Positions 39,594 through 50,240 are shown, counted from the stretch's first letter. The stretch: 57,296 nt of DNA from Gemmatimonadota bacterium (GCA_052389275.1 JBQTID010000074.1:1-57296); one strand, 5' to 3'. Notes: a model not told the origin generated them from the letters alone. Made by a program: numbers and translations.

Positions 39594-40163
39594 ATGGCAT
39601 CCAGCAAGCAGAGCGATCCCGCCGTCTCGTATAACGAGTTCAAGGAATTCGAGGGCCGGAAGTATACCGGCATGAAGATCGGCCGCAGCCACAAGTGGTA
39701 CTACGACTCGGGCGAATGGAAGGAAAAGAAGATCACGCCCGACCTGTGGCAGATCAGTTATGCGGTCACGAAGCGGCGCGCGGGCAAGGCGCCGGAAGGC
39801 TCCGGTGTGCCGGTCGGCACCGAGTATCACTGGTACATCGTCGCACATCAGAACGTGACGAAGCTGAACGCAAACGATTACACGACGTCACTCGCGGGAT
39901 TGAAGTTCAAGGTTGCGCACAAGCGCGCAGACAATGGCAAGTGGAGCGCGAGCACGGCGGCGCAGCGGCGGCGCATGATCAAGTTTTTGCGTGAAGTCAT
40001 CGAGGATCTGGAAAGTCCGGCCGAAGAGGAGGCGCTGCCTGCGAAGGCTCCGCCGAAGAAAGCTGCTGCGAAGAAAGCTCCTGCGAAGAGAGCGCGTAAG
40101 GTCGCGACTCCGAAATCAATGACGAAGCCGGCGCGGCGGAAACGCAAAGTAAAGTCGGCCTAG
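39594..40163 (+). CDS. Hypothetical protein with Lys/Ala-rich (histone H1-like) tail
   Basis: GAGG RBS, globular aromatic-rich domain, PAKAPPKKAAAKKAPAK tail; possible sigma54 promoter CGGTCCACAGCTTGCA at 39550-65. Confidence 0.75.
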   Translation: MASSKQSDPAVSYNEFKEFEGRKYTGMKIGRSHKWYYDSGEWKEKKITPDLWQISYAVTKRRAGKAPEGSGVPVGTEYHWYIVAHQNVTKLNANDYTTSLAGLKFKVAHKRADNGKWSASTAAQRRRMIKFLREVIEDLESPAEEEALPAKAPPKKAAAKKAPAKRARKVATPKSMTKPARRKRKVKSA

Positions 40164-40254
40164 CTTCTCGCGAAGGACGCTAGGTTAACGAAGGGTTGCT
40201 GCAATTAGACAGGAACGAGCTGTTCGGTGCGAAATTCCGGGAACTGTGATGGCG

Positions 40255-40563
40255 TTACTCCGGCCTCTTTTTCTGCTTGAGTAGCTGATCGGCAAAGTCG
40301 AGACGTTGCTGCGTCTCACTCAATTGCCGCTCGAGGTCACTCAGATCGGCTTCGAGCATTTCCACTTTATGATCCTGACGCTCATCGCGGCGTGGCGGTT
40401 CGTGCCGCAGATAGCGCGCCCATAACACGGAACCCACCAGGATGGCGCCGTGAACGTATGCATGCATCGTCTCCGACATCACCAGCGCGTAGACGGCCCC
40501 CGCAGCGTTGATGACGATCAGACCGACGGCAATCGGAAACCAGACCGCACGTTTGATGTTCAT
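40255..40563 (-). CDS. Small membrane protein with C-terminal coiled coil
   Basis: Two TM helices, then LSETQQRLDFADQLL. Confidence 0.7.
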   Translation of the reverse strand: MNIKRAVWFPIAVGLIVINAAGAVYALVMSETMHAYVHGAILVGSVLWARYLRHEPPRRDERQDHKVEMLEADLSDLERQLSETQQRLDFADQLLKQKKRPE

Positions 40564-40679
40564 ACCCGTTTCTTACCGGCTTTCTTTTCTCTCTTCTCTG
40601 CCTTCTCGGCGGCCTTCACCCGTTGTGCTGCCCTCCGCTTCTTTGCGGCGCGCTTCATTGTCTGTTGTCTCTTGGCCAT
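40560..40679 (-). CDS. Small basic protein (39 aa)
   Basis: MAKRQQTMKRAAKKRRAAQRVKAAEKAEKREKKAGKKRV; ATGA overlap with the next gene. Confidence 0.5.
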   Translation of the reverse strand: MAKRQQTMKRAAKKRRAAQRVKAAEKAEKREKKAGKKRV

Positions 40680-40703
40680 GACAGTAGCTCGCGATGATAG
40701 GGT

Positions 40704-41363
40704 TTACTGGAACTCTCGTGTGAACTCCTCGAAGCGGGCACGCAGCTGCGCCAGCTCCGAACGTAATGAGGTAACCGCATCCTCCAGCGCCTCGATCCGG
40801 CCGGTTTCTACCGCATCCTGACTTGCCTCCCGGGCAGGTGCAACCTGGGCAGGTGCAGCGACCTGAGGCTCGCCGGAGAGCAAATGCGCATACCGAGCTT
40901 CCTTCTGGCCGGGTTGTCGCGGCAGTTGAGTAGCGAGCGGCGTCGCAACCGTCATCAGTGCCTGCAGCGTGATATCCACTTGTGCGAGATCTCCGAACTC
41001 GAACAGCCTGGCCGCTCGGGTCCTTATCTCGCCTGCTGTCTGCGCGCCGCGTAACATGAGCACGCACATTACCGCCGTTTCCGCTGGATGCAAGCTCATG
41101 GACTCCGACATGGTCTGCCGATAGCGCTTCGCACGCGAGTCGCTACGATGTACTGCGCGCACGAGCGACCGCCGCCCAAGATCGTCCAGACTCCTGGACA
41201 CCGTCGCTTCGTCCAGGTTGAGCACTGGATCGCGATTCGATGTCTGATTGCACGCGGCTGTCAATGCGTTGAGCGTGAGCGGATAAGTGTCAGGTGTCGT
41301 AATCTCCTTTTCGATCAACGAACCGAGCACGCGAACGCTGACAACGTCTAATGCAATATCCAT
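40704..41363 (-). CDS. YceH/DUF480 family protein
   Basis: RVLGSLIEKEITTPDTYPLTLNAL..ACNQTSNRDPV, LRGAQT.GE motifs. Confidence 0.9.
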   Translation of the reverse strand: MDIALDVVSVRVLGSLIEKEITTPDTYPLTLNALTAACNQTSNRDPVLNLDEATVSRSLDDLGRRSLVRAVHRSDSRAKRYRQTMSESMSLHPAETAVMCVLMLRGAQTAGEIRTRAARLFEFGDLAQVDITLQALMTVATPLATQLPRQPGQKEARYAHLLSGEPQVAAPAQVAPAREASQDAVETGRIEALEDAVTSLRSELAQLRARFEEFTREFQ

Positions 41364-41371
41364 AACGATCC

Positions 41372-42820
41372 CTATCTCAATTCCAGGTCAACCAGCGCCG
41401 CATCGGCCGGCTTGGTCGACACGCCGGCCTTTGCTCGTGTCTCGGCATTCACCGCCGTGAACCTGAAAATCTTCACGAAGGCGCCGACAACGAGCCCGAC
41501 CTCCAGGAGACCCAGATATTTTCCGGGACAGACCCGCGGGCCGTAGCCGAACCCGAAGTGAAGAATGTCCTTTGCGGAACGGCCCTGCCTGGCAAGAACC
41601 TCCCATCGATCCGGTGCAAAGGTTTCCGCCGGATACCCGGTCAGCGCCTTGCCCCAAAAGTCCTCACACCGGTTTGCGTGCCATACGTCGAGCACGACGT
41701 GCGTCTTTTCCGGAATGAACAGCTTCCGGCCGTCTACCGTCTCGATCCACGTGTCGACCGTCGTCCAGCGAGGCAGGAAGTAGAGCGACGGCGTGATTCG
41801 GAGCGTTTCTTCCAGCACGCGATTGAGCGTCACTGCCTGACCCAGGTTCTCCGGATCGTACACGTCGACGCTCTTCACTTCATCGTACACGCGCTCCTGA
41901 ACCTCGGGAGCACGCGACAGATGCGAGAGCGCCCAGCTCGCGAACGACGTCGTCGCCTCCAGTGCACCCGCCAGAAACACGCGGATGTTGCTGCGGAGCG
42001 CGTCGTCGGATGCATCCGATTTGAACTCGGCCCAAAGGCCGAGACCTCGAACGCGGCCAGCCAACGCGATGTCGGTCAACGTTTCGAAGTCCGCTCGCGC
42101 TCGTTCCGCTGCTTTCTTTCGACCCGTGACGATATCCAATGGTGCTCGCAACCGGCGGCCTACCGTATCGCGGATCATGTGATCGATCGAGTGCGAGAGC
42201 GCCGGCACAAACCGGTCGCGCAGCTCCTCATACGAGACGTTGCCGCCGAAGAAGTTGTTGACCAGCATCTCGAGCATAACGGCAACGATCTCGGGCTCGA
42301 GCTCGATGCGCGTTACTCGTTGACCCGCAGCTTGCTGGCGCGCGCGCAGCAGCTCCAGTCGCTGTGCGACGGTCTTGCGGAAGGTCTGCTCGAACTCGTG
42401 AAACTTCTCCGGCTGAAACAGGTTCGAGCGGCTGAACGATGGCGCCGCCAGCTGCTTCTGCCTGCGCCAGAGCGGACCGTTGGCATACAGCAGCGAGTCT
42501 TCGCCCGTAGCGCGGGCAATGCCGGCAGTCGGCGCCGTGTCGCGATCGAACTGGCCAGGCTTGTCGCCGGTGGCTGATAGCACTGCGCGGATGATGGCCG
42601 GCTCGCGCGTCACCAGCACGTGCGGCATGCCGCGCACCTCGAGGTAACGGTTGTGCTTTCCCGATCCGGTTTCTCGCTCGGTGCCCCAGAAGAAGGTATC
42701 GAGAATCCGGATGGGCTCGCGGTAGTTCCACGGATGCGGAAACGGCAGGCTGGGTCGTCCGAACGCGAATAGATGAACGCGCGTCGGCAGGCAGTCTCCA
42801 GCGAACGGGTTACCAACCAA
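41372..42820 (-). CDS. Cytochrome P450
   Basis: Heme motif FGYGPRVCPG, EETLR, FAPDRW; I-helix FLAGALEATT. Confidence 0.9.
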   Translation of the reverse strand: MVGNPFAGDCLPTRVHLFAFGRPSLPFPHPWNYREPIRILDTFFWGTERETGSGKHNRYLEVRGMPHVLVTREPAIIRAVLSATGDKPGQFDRDTAPTAGIARATGEDSLLYANGPLWRRQKQLAAPSFSRSNLFQPEKFHEFEQTFRKTVAQRLELLRARQQAAGQRVTRIELEPEIVAVMLEMLVNNFFGGNVSYEELRDRFVPALSHSIDHMIRDTVGRRLRAPLDIVTGRKKAAERARADFETLTDIALAGRVRGLGLWAEFKSDASDDALRSNIRVFLAGALEATTSFASWALSHLSRAPEVQERVYDEVKSVDVYDPENLGQAVTLNRVLEETLRITPSLYFLPRWTTVDTWIETVDGRKLFIPEKTHVVLDVWHANRCEDFWGKALTGYPAETFAPDRWEVLARQGRSAKDILHFGFGYGPRVCPGKYLGLLEVGLVVGAFVKIFRFTAVNAETRAKAGVSTKPADAALVDLELR

Positions 42821-43328
42821 CTGGCGCGACCCAAGACCGATGGCGCAGGTAGGCGGGAGTTGCTTGCGGACGATCTCGTTCTTCCAGGCGTTCCGCCAGC
42901 CATTGGAACCATTCGAGCAGCAGCGGCTGGCGCTGTTCTTCGCGCATCTGCGTGACCCACGGTTTTATCCGACTCCAGAGGCTTACTCCGAGGCCGCCTA
43001 CCAACTCCTCCACGAGTTCGATTGGCATAATACCTCGATATACGAGGTAGCCGAGCATCTCGTATTTTGAGCCGAGTGCCCAAGCCGCTTCTTCGAACGA
43101 CTCACCGCGCGAGCGGAATTCGTCGACAGAGGCGTTGACGGGTAAAGTGAGCAGGACCCGAAGCGAGCGTGTAAACTCGGCGTCTTGAATCGAACGCATT
43201 AGCTCGACTGCCAGCGCGTCCCTGCGCTGTTGTCGAAATTGCCGGATCTGCGCGACGCCAAACGCAATCGCCGCGACGACCGCGATCGCGCCGAGCACTT
43301 GCGCTACGTTTGCGAGAGTTTCGAGCAT
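42810..43328 (-). CDS. DUF4760-like protein
   Basis: N-terminal TM helix, YE.LG.LV..G, EWFQWLAE motif. Confidence 0.65.
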   Translation of the reverse strand: MLETLANVAQVLGAIAVVAAIAFGVAQIRQFRQQRRDALAVELMRSIQDAEFTRSLRVLLTLPVNASVDEFRSRGESFEEAAWALGSKYEMLGYLVYRGIMPIELVEELVGGLGVSLWSRIKPWVTQMREEQRQPLLLEWFQWLAERLEERDRPQATPAYLRHRSWVAPVGW

Positions 43329-43654
43329 TATCTTTTCGCGGACGCCGCGTCCTGTGGATTCAATTTCGATCTGTGAAGCTGCAGCTCGAATTCATGCTGT
43401 TCCTTTAACTCGGCGAGCTCGCGAGTTGCGAAGGCGAGTTCGTCTTCAGTAAGGCTCAGCCTCTCCTCCAATTGACGAATCCGCGGTTCGTCCCGCTTTT
43501 CCGCGCGCCGCGACAACCACGCGTTCTTGAGCGCAGGAAACAGTGTTGCTGCCATGCCCGCGAGAATCGAAAGGAGCAGCAGATCGAAATTGTCTTGCAT
43601 CGTCGCGAATAATATTCCCGCGCCACTGAGCCATATTATTGGGTTGCGTTTCAT
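43328..43654 (-). CDS. Small membrane protein with coiled-coil C-terminus
   Basis: TM segments, then RIRQLEERLSLTEDEL..LKEQHEF. Confidence 0.65.
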   Translation of the reverse strand: MKRNPIIWLSGAGILFATMQDNFDLLLLSILAGMAATLFPALKNAWLSRRAEKRDEPRIRQLEERLSLTEDELAFATRELAELKEQHEFELQLHRSKLNPQDAASAKR

Positions 43655-43678
43655 GATCTTTCAATTTCAAGTAATTGA

Positions 43679-44149
43679 CTACCAGCCGCCACCACCACCA
43701 AACAGCGAACCGCCGCCGCTCCAGCCACCACTCGTGCTGGATCCCGTCGCGATTGCCATGTCCGTGGAATGACGACCTGCGAACGCGCGGAACCAGTGGT
43801 CGATGTGTTGGCCGAGGCCGAATGCCACCAGATACGGGAACCACGCATCGTCGAGCGCAGGATTCGGCCGCTTCAGCTCGTGCATCATGAACGCACGGCC
43901 GGCCGCAAGGCGACGCCGCAGCTCGAGTCGCTGCCAGTCTTCGCGGTTGCGCGCCAGACGCAACACGAGAAACGCGATCCCGAGGTACATGGCCAGCACG
44001 CCGACGAAGACCAGCAAAGGCGGATTTACGACGATCGCCGGCGCGAGCGTGTACGGCATCCCCGCTTCCAGCAGCCCGAGAATCAAAATCAGCGCCGGTG
44101 TTGCGGTCAGCAAAAGCATGACGACGACGCGTCCCGCGCGGCGCGGCAC
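43679..44149 (-). pseudogene. C-terminal fragment of a DUF2207-like membrane protein
   Basis: FPYLVAFGL..W and SGGG..GGGGGW terminus; no credible N-terminus. Confidence 0.55.
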
Positions 44150-44169
44150 GTCGATGACAGATGTACGAC

Positions 44170-44339
44170 AGGCTGCGGCAAAGGCGAGCGGTCTCGCCTT
44201 GACGCAGGCGCATCCAGGTCTCCATCACGGGCTTCAATGCGAAACGAGCGCTCAACGCGAGGATTGGCGTAAGCAGCGCCGCCCCAAGAAAGAACGCCAC
44301 CAGCACGCTCGCAAACGCATAAAAATCTTCTGAAGTCAT
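44170..44339 (-). pseudogene. N-terminal fragment of a small membrane protein, fused to unrelated sequence
   Basis: MTSEDFYAFASVLVAFF..LSARFALKPVME, after which the sequence loses protein-like character. Confidence 0.4.
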
Positions 44340-44827
44340 CGCGGAATCTCCCGTTCAGGTGGCCAGATGCGAGTCCATTCCCGCCTGCTGGGCTTCGCCG
44401 CACCGCCGATAAAACCTCCCAGCGTCGCGCCGAGCGTAGCGCCCATAGCCGTACCTCCGGCAAGCTCACGAAACGAGCAGTTTGGTTCACAAAACTCGCT
44501 GACAATAAGCAGGCCGAGCAAACCGACCATGCCTGCGCCGGCCAATGCTGCTCCGCCACCACCACCGCCGGTACGAACCTGTCGATCTATTTGAGTGATT
44601 GCGGCAATGGCGATTCTGGACTGCCCGATCACGGCGGAGTCTGCCTTGAATGTCCGAGAGCGTCCTGGACCAATTGAGTCCCCACTGGCAATAACGCGAA
44701 CTATCCAGTTCTTGTGCTCTGCCTCCTGCAGAATGGCATGCGGCGTCTGTGCTGCTGCATCCATGCCCAGCGCGCATGTCAGGAAGAACGGAACAATGCG
44801 CAGAGCCAATGAGTCACTTCTTTTCAA
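44336..44827 (-). CDS. Secreted hypothetical protein with glycine zipper
   Basis: Signal peptide; GGTAMGATLGATLGGFIGG. Confidence 0.6.
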   Translation of the reverse strand: MKRSDSLALRIVPFFLTCALGMDAAAQTPHAILQEAEHKNWIVRVIASGDSIGPGRSRTFKADSAVIGQSRIAIAAITQIDRQVRTGGGGGGAALAGAGMVGLLGLLIVSEFCEPNCSFRELAGGTAMGATLGATLGGFIGGAAKPSRREWTRIWPPEREIPR

Positions 44828-45663
44828 CGGACGCGAGCCAGTCGAGGATGATCTTGTTGTACTGCTCCGGCTGTTCGAGGTTCACAAAGTGCCCCGCATT
44901 CTCGACCGTTATCAATCTTGCGCCGGGAATCGATTTTGCGACGAACTCCGCCTCGTTTTTCAACGCTGACATCTCTCCATCGCCGACGACAACGCGGATC
45001 GACCTGCTTCCGGCGAGGTGCATTGGGACGATTGGCTGACCAACTGTTTGGGTGCAGAATCATTTCGTTCAGGAGCCGGCGAACCCGTGGCATCGTACTG
45101 GCTACCTGGAAAGGCGGGAATGCCCACATGCGATCGTGCGTTAATTGAAGATCGTCTGCAACTCCCGCACTGATTACACCTCGCATACCATCCGCGAACT
45201 CTTTGCCCAGGTCGTAACCGCGCAATGGCGATGCGCCGATCACCAGACTTCGCACCGCGTGTGGATACGCGAGCGCAAAGTCGATTGCCAGCTGGCCTCC
45301 CGCCGATAATCCAACGAGGTGCGCGCGATCAATTCCAAGCCCATTGAGTAATGCCGCGAGGTCTTCGTAAGAGGCGTATGCGGAGTCCCCGATTGCGGAA
45401 CGGCCAGCGCCGCGTACGTCGTAACGCACAACCTTGTATTTACGACTCAGCGCCGAGAATTGCTCATCCCACTGTCGGGAGTTCAGCCAGCCACCGTGAA
45501 GCAGCACCACAGCCGAACCGGCACCGGCCATCTCATAATAAAGTTGGGTTGAATTTACCGGGAACCAACCAAAGACGTGACCAGTGTCTTGCGCCTGTAG
45601 TGGGCTGCCGAGGAAAAGCAACGTCGCCATCGCGGCATATTTGCGGAGCGTCTTGCCCGACAT
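44814..45663 (-). pseudogene. Alpha/beta hydrolase, frameshifted or deleted near 45000
   Basis: LLHGG, YDVRGAGRS, GLSAGG nucleophile; the C-terminus (VVVGD..NAGHFVNLEQPE) is in another frame. Confidence 0.8.
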
Positions 45664-45701
45664 GTATACCTCCGGCAGTTACGAAAATAGACGATTCGCG
45701 A

Positions 45702-45872
45702 TCTAGGAACAGTCCTCGGCGTATCCGACGGGATGACGTTTAGCGAGGATCTCGGCTACAAACGCCGATTTACCCTCGATGTATTCTCTCGATCCCGTGG
45801 ATACATACGTGCCAGCGTGAGTTTGAGCTCACCATAGTCACGCGCCCTCGCAGGATCTGCACGCAGTGCATC
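45702..45872 (-). pseudogene. GrpB-family C-terminal fragment
   Basis: DALRADPARARDYGELKLTLA..YP.DRE / YIEGKSAFVAEIL across a frameshift. Confidence 0.55.
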
Positions 45873-45977
45873 GCCATCACCGCCGCACTTAAGCTGCGCC
45901 AATTCCTCGTCATTCCCGCTCTCGCCGAAACTGCACCGGTATAGCATTTTCCTGCCGGTTTGCGCAAAATCCTGGTG

Positions 45978-48238
45978 CTAAGGGACTAAGGCCTGGTTAG
46001 GACGACCGAGTATCTCACCGCCTTTGATAACCGATCTAATACGCCGCGTGTTGCGAATGTCCCGCAGCGGATCCGCATCGAGAATCACCAGGTCCGCCCA
46101 CTTGCCGGGCGCAATAGTGCCAATTTCAGTCGATCCAATTATACGCGCAGCCGTGCCGGTTGCCGCGATTATCGCCTCCAGGGGAGTCATGCCTGCTGCG
46201 ACCAGCTCCTCCAGCTCGTAATGCAGCGCGTCAGGAGTAGTTGGATCGTCCGGTGCGACAGTCAGCCCTGCACTAACAACCTTCCTGGTTGCCTCGCGCG
46301 ATACGCGAGCCAAACGCTGATAGCCCGGCGCCCGGTCCGGCGGCAGACGCAAAGCCCACCAGCGCAGAAACGGCGTCACAAATTCGGCCGCCTCGTGACG
46401 CTGCAACACCGTCGTGTCGGCGATTATGCGTGGTACAGCCGCGAATGCATTGGTAGTTGGTACGACCCACAGCCCACCACTTCTGAAGATTGACGTCAGA
46501 TCACTGTACCACAATCCATCGCTGCGCGCTGCGCACGCGGCCGAAAGATGTTCCTTGCCCCTGATTCCTGCAGCAATGAGTGGCAATTGATGCGCGCAAT
46601 GACCGCTTACGTTCATTCCCGCGCTGCGCGCATTTGCAATCAGTCGCACGGCCTCACCAAGGTTGGCCGGTATTCGCAGCTTGATGTAATCGGCGCCTAA
46701 CCCGCGAGCGAGTGCGATTGCGCGCGGCGCTGCGTTGTCCGTCGTCGATTGAATGACTGCGCCGGATGTGCCGAACTCTCGTGCACCTGGATAAACCTGG
46801 AAGCCACCGAATACGACGCGCGGACCACTCAAGACACCGGCTGCAATCGCATCGCGAAAGGCGGCGACGCGTGCAATCGGCCCGCCCATCTCTCGAATCG
46901 TGGTAACGCCGAAATGCAGCGCGCCGCGAAATGATGCATCATCCCACATATGGCCGTGCAAATCGATCAGACCTGGCACAACAGTGCGGCCTTCAGCATC
47001 GAGCACGGTGATATTCGCTGCAACGCTGATCACTCCGGGTGCGGCAACCCGTGCGATGCGTCCATTCCGAATCAGGATGTCTCGCTGAGCTGGCGCAGCG
47101 CCGAGCCATCGATTACGCGCGCATTTCGAATCAGAAGTGGCGACGGAGGCTTGGCGACCCGGTACATAAGGGGCCACCCTAGCGCTCGCTCCTCTTTATT
47201 TATTGTGGTCAACCGCCAACCATCCGGCGCGAGGAACAGCACGGTGCCATCGAGCGCAACCGTCGGATAAAGTGCAGGAGTGCTGGACAGACGACGCGGC
47301 TCACCGAGTGTTCCAGATTCGGAATCGAATTTTGAGCGCCATAGGAGGTTCTCGCGGACGAATACCAATGAGGAATCCGGATCCCAATGAGCGAAGGTAG
47401 CGCCGGCTGGATACCTCAATCGACGAATCGACCCGTGAAACGAGAAGAGCATTGAATCGATCAGCACTGCATCTGACGCTGGACTCCAAAGCGGCCGTTC
47501 CTGACCTTTGCCAAAGAATGCAAACGTCCAATCGATTGCCGTAATCTTTGCGATTTCCGCCGCGTCGTCGGCTCGTGAGACTGTAATTGCGTGCGCGGGG
47601 ATGCGTCGCACTCGGTACTGGCCACACTCATCGTCGTATCGCGAAGGCGGCGTCGCACACGCAGGCTTGGGCCAGTGTATGAATGCTATCCAGGACCCAT
47701 CGTTGCGTGCACCGTCAGCCGACCAGACTGGATCGCGCACGCCGGGCGCTGGTAGACCCTCAATCTGGAGCGAGGCCGTTTGTGCCCCCGGCAACGAAAC
47801 AATACGGATCGTGTCGCGTGCCACGTATGCGAGCTTGCTGCCGTCTGGCGACCAGGCGAGCATCGCGGCTGTGGCGGGTACATCGAGTCGTCGCAGCTCA
47901 CGCGTTTCGAGAGCGACCGTCCAGATGCCGGAATTGCGCGGTCGGTCAGACTTAAATGCGATCAATCGCGCATCAGGGGCGAAGACGGGATCGAGGTCTT
48001 CAGTCGTGTCGCGCACCGAGCTGGTAACGGCTATGGCATCGCCGCCAGCAGCCGACAAAATCCAGATCTGACCGAGCAGGTCGAACGTGATCCACTGCCC
48101 GTCACGCGATACATCAAAGCCGAGGCGGGTGCCGTGTGTGATGTCGACGGACATTCGCGCAGAACCTTGGGGTTGAGCTACGGCGACAGACGCGTGCGTT
48201 ACACAGCACAGGACGAGGAGGAGCTTGACACGCATCAT
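45978..48238 (-). pseudogene. TolB/PD40-repeat plus amidohydrolase fusion, split by a frameshift near 47100
   Basis: Signal peptide, DVSRDG..FDLLG, WSPDG repeats, LIRNARVIDG / DILIRNGRI, PGLIDLHGH, GTIAPGKWADLVILD. Confidence 0.75.
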
Positions 48239-48245
48239 GATCTGG

Positions 48246-48875
48246 TCACTCCTTGTAATCCCACTGCACGAAGCAGAAGGATGCCTCGGACACATCTTCG
48301 TTCCCGACGTACAACGCAGAACGGAACCACTCCTGTTGATCTTTGCCCAGGACGTCGTTGTGCTTCGGCGCCGTTCGCTTGCACTGCATGAAGACGAAAT
48401 CAGAATCGCGCCACGCGAAAACGTCCCATGCTCCCTTATAACGACGAGGTTTGTTAAATCCGGCGATTCGAGCGAGGATCTGACGCGGCGCATCGTCATG
48501 AATCGGGCGGGTCTTTTGCTCGGCCCGAGGAACATCATTCCATTCAGTGAGGAACTTCCATACTTCCCCGCGTCCGCCATATGTGTTGACCCATCGTCCT
48601 TGCCAACCATCCTTCTCGAGAATGCGCAATAGCGCGAGTTCGGCAAAAAGATGCTCGCCATCCAGTTCGACCATCGCAGCGGACTTCTTCCCGAAATCGT
48701 CTACAAACGGCTGGCCGCCCCACCGGCAAAAGCGCATGAAGACACCTGGTACTTCATGGATCATGCGGCCAGCAGGTAACGTAATCGGAACTTTCAACTC
48801 GACGCGGATATCCTGCTCCACATACGGCGCTAAAGCCGACAGCCACGGTTGGCGTCGATCCGAAGCTGAATTCAT
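48246..48875 (-). CDS. Hypothetical protein, possible PD-(D/E)xK/VRR-NUC-like nuclease
   Basis: FAEL..L..GW.GRWV, GAWDVFAW..FVFMQCK, Q.EW spacing. Confidence 0.5.
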   Translation of the reverse strand: MNSASDRRQPWLSALAPYVEQDIRVELKVPITLPAGRMIHEVPGVFMRFCRWGGQPFVDDFGKKSAAMVELDGEHLFAELALLRILEKDGWQGRWVNTYGGRGEVWKFLTEWNDVPRAEQKTRPIHDDAPRQILARIAGFNKPRRYKGAWDVFAWRDSDFVFMQCKRTAPKHNDVLGKDQQEWFRSALYVGNEDVSEASFCFVQWDYKE

Positions 48876-48884
48876 GACATAAAA

Positions 48885-49127
48885 CTATGGCTCGATTGTC
48901 GACTTGGAGTGCGGATCACGGGACGCTCGGACGAAGGCGATGGTGAGACCAATGATAATTCCAATGTCCCACAAACACACATCACCATACCGGTAAAATG
49001 GGAGATACTCGTCCAATCCGTATCGGTCGATGACGAATTCAGCGATCAAAACCCAAGTATTAAAAACGGTTAGGGCAGCGGCGAGTCTGACCCAAAAAGG
49101 AAGTTGGTAAAACGCGATCTTATGCAC
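48885..49127 (-). CDS. Small membrane protein
   Basis: GAGGAGG RBS; two hydrophobic helices. Confidence 0.6.
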   Translation of the reverse strand: MHKIAFYQLPFWVRLAAALTVFNTWVLIAEFVIDRYGLDEYLPFYRYGDVCLWDIGIIIGLTIAFVRASRDPHSKSTIEP

Positions 49128-49163
49128 GACGCCTCCTCAGAAGACTTGGAGCTTGCGCGGTCT

Positions 49164-49300
49164 CTAACGAGTAGTTAGGGATGGTCGAGCAACAAGGACC
49201 ACGACAGGTGCGGTCGTCAGCGCGGCCAGTAGCGCCAGTGTCGGATAACCCCACGCAAACACAACGACGCCAGAAAGCGCGCCGGCTGATGCGCCTGCGG
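49164..49300 (-). pseudogene. MFS transporter C-terminal fragment
   Basis: AAGASAGALSGVVVFAWGYPTLALLAAL resembles MFS TM11-12. Confidence 0.45.
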
Positions 49301-49308
49301 CGCGCTCA

Positions 49309-49794
49309 TTACACGTCCACCATAACCCGAATCGACCGGGGTATCGCTTGGCCCGTGAAGATATCGCGCCTTCGAGTGATGAACCGGCGCCGCTCAAGAG
49401 TCTTGATCATCGCATGAACTGATGGAGCAGACACCAGGAAATGGCGCTCGATGTCGGACTCTGCCGGCGCTACGCCGAAGCGAATCATGTACTTCACGAT
49501 AAACTCAAGGTACTCGCGTTGACGACGAGTCGGCCTGGAACCGGCGTCCTCCCTGCGCACCGGCTGAGGCATTTCGCGAAGCGTTAGGTCCAGGTTATCA
49601 CCGTCGCGCGCAACAACCAGGATGGCGCCACTCTCAAAATGAACTGCGACACTTCCAGAGTCCACGTAAGTGACATGGGACACCCGCTGACCGGAAAGGG
49701 ACTTGGTGAGCTTTTTGATATCCAATCCTTGCGCCTCTACAGCAAGATGTTGGTGCGTGTCCTCGGATTCAAACCGCTGGTTGAAGTAGTCCAT
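49309..49794 (-). CDS. Protein with C-terminal LexA/MarR-like winged-helix DNA-binding domain
   Basis: PTRRQREYLEFI..APAESDIERHF.VSAPSVHAMIKTLERR..PRSI. Confidence 0.7.
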   Translation of the reverse strand: MDYFNQRFESEDTHQHLAVEAQGLDIKKLTKSLSGQRVSHVTYVDSGSVAVHFESGAILVVARDGDNLDLTLREMPQPVRREDAGSRPTRRQREYLEFIVKYMIRFGVAPAESDIERHFLVSAPSVHAMIKTLERRRFITRRRDIFTGQAIPRSIRVMVDV

Positions 49795-49980
49795 CTCGCT
49801 CGACAGGGTAGCGAGGTAATCCTGGGCTTGTTCAAGGTGCGCCCTGGTGCTGTCAGCGGTATAGGACTTTGTAAATCGTCATCGTTCGCTCTCGGTCTGG
49901 CTACGTAGAGAATCGGCTGCAATTGCAATCCCACGGGTGGAAGATATGGCGCCTTCGGATCAGGAGATAGATCTCGCGCC

Positions 49981-50076
49981 GCCTGACGTACTAAAGATCA
50001 GTTGCGCGGCGCCACCCAGACGATAGGTGCATCAGCAGGCGAGCGGCGCGTCAACTGCATCCGATTGATATCAGGC
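49981..50076 (-). repeat. attC site (degenerate R boxes)
   Basis: GCCTGAC..GATCAGTTGCGCG..CGCGTCAACTGCATC; similar to the attC at 53759. Confidence 0.6.
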
Positions 50077-50123
50077 TGGCAGCCGCATTAGCCGCCGCTG
50101 TGCGAATCAGATTCATTGTCGGA

Positions 50124-50240
50124 CTATTTTCTCGCGAATTTCAGGTGAACCACGTTCGGCGCCGCGACCGTATCGACCAGGACGAGGTCGTGCAGGTCGG
50201 CGACGTTGTCAAACAGGCGCTCGCCCCCACCTGCGATATC
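50124..50240 (-). pseudogene. Dihydrofolate reductase-like (RibD C-terminal) fragment
   Basis: IAGGGERLFDNV..AAPNVVHLKFARK*. Confidence 0.5.

Noticed and set aside
48239-48661. N-terminal extension of the PD40 protein ORF
   Set aside because: It overlaps the 48246-48875 gene in another frame; the signal peptide begins at 48238.
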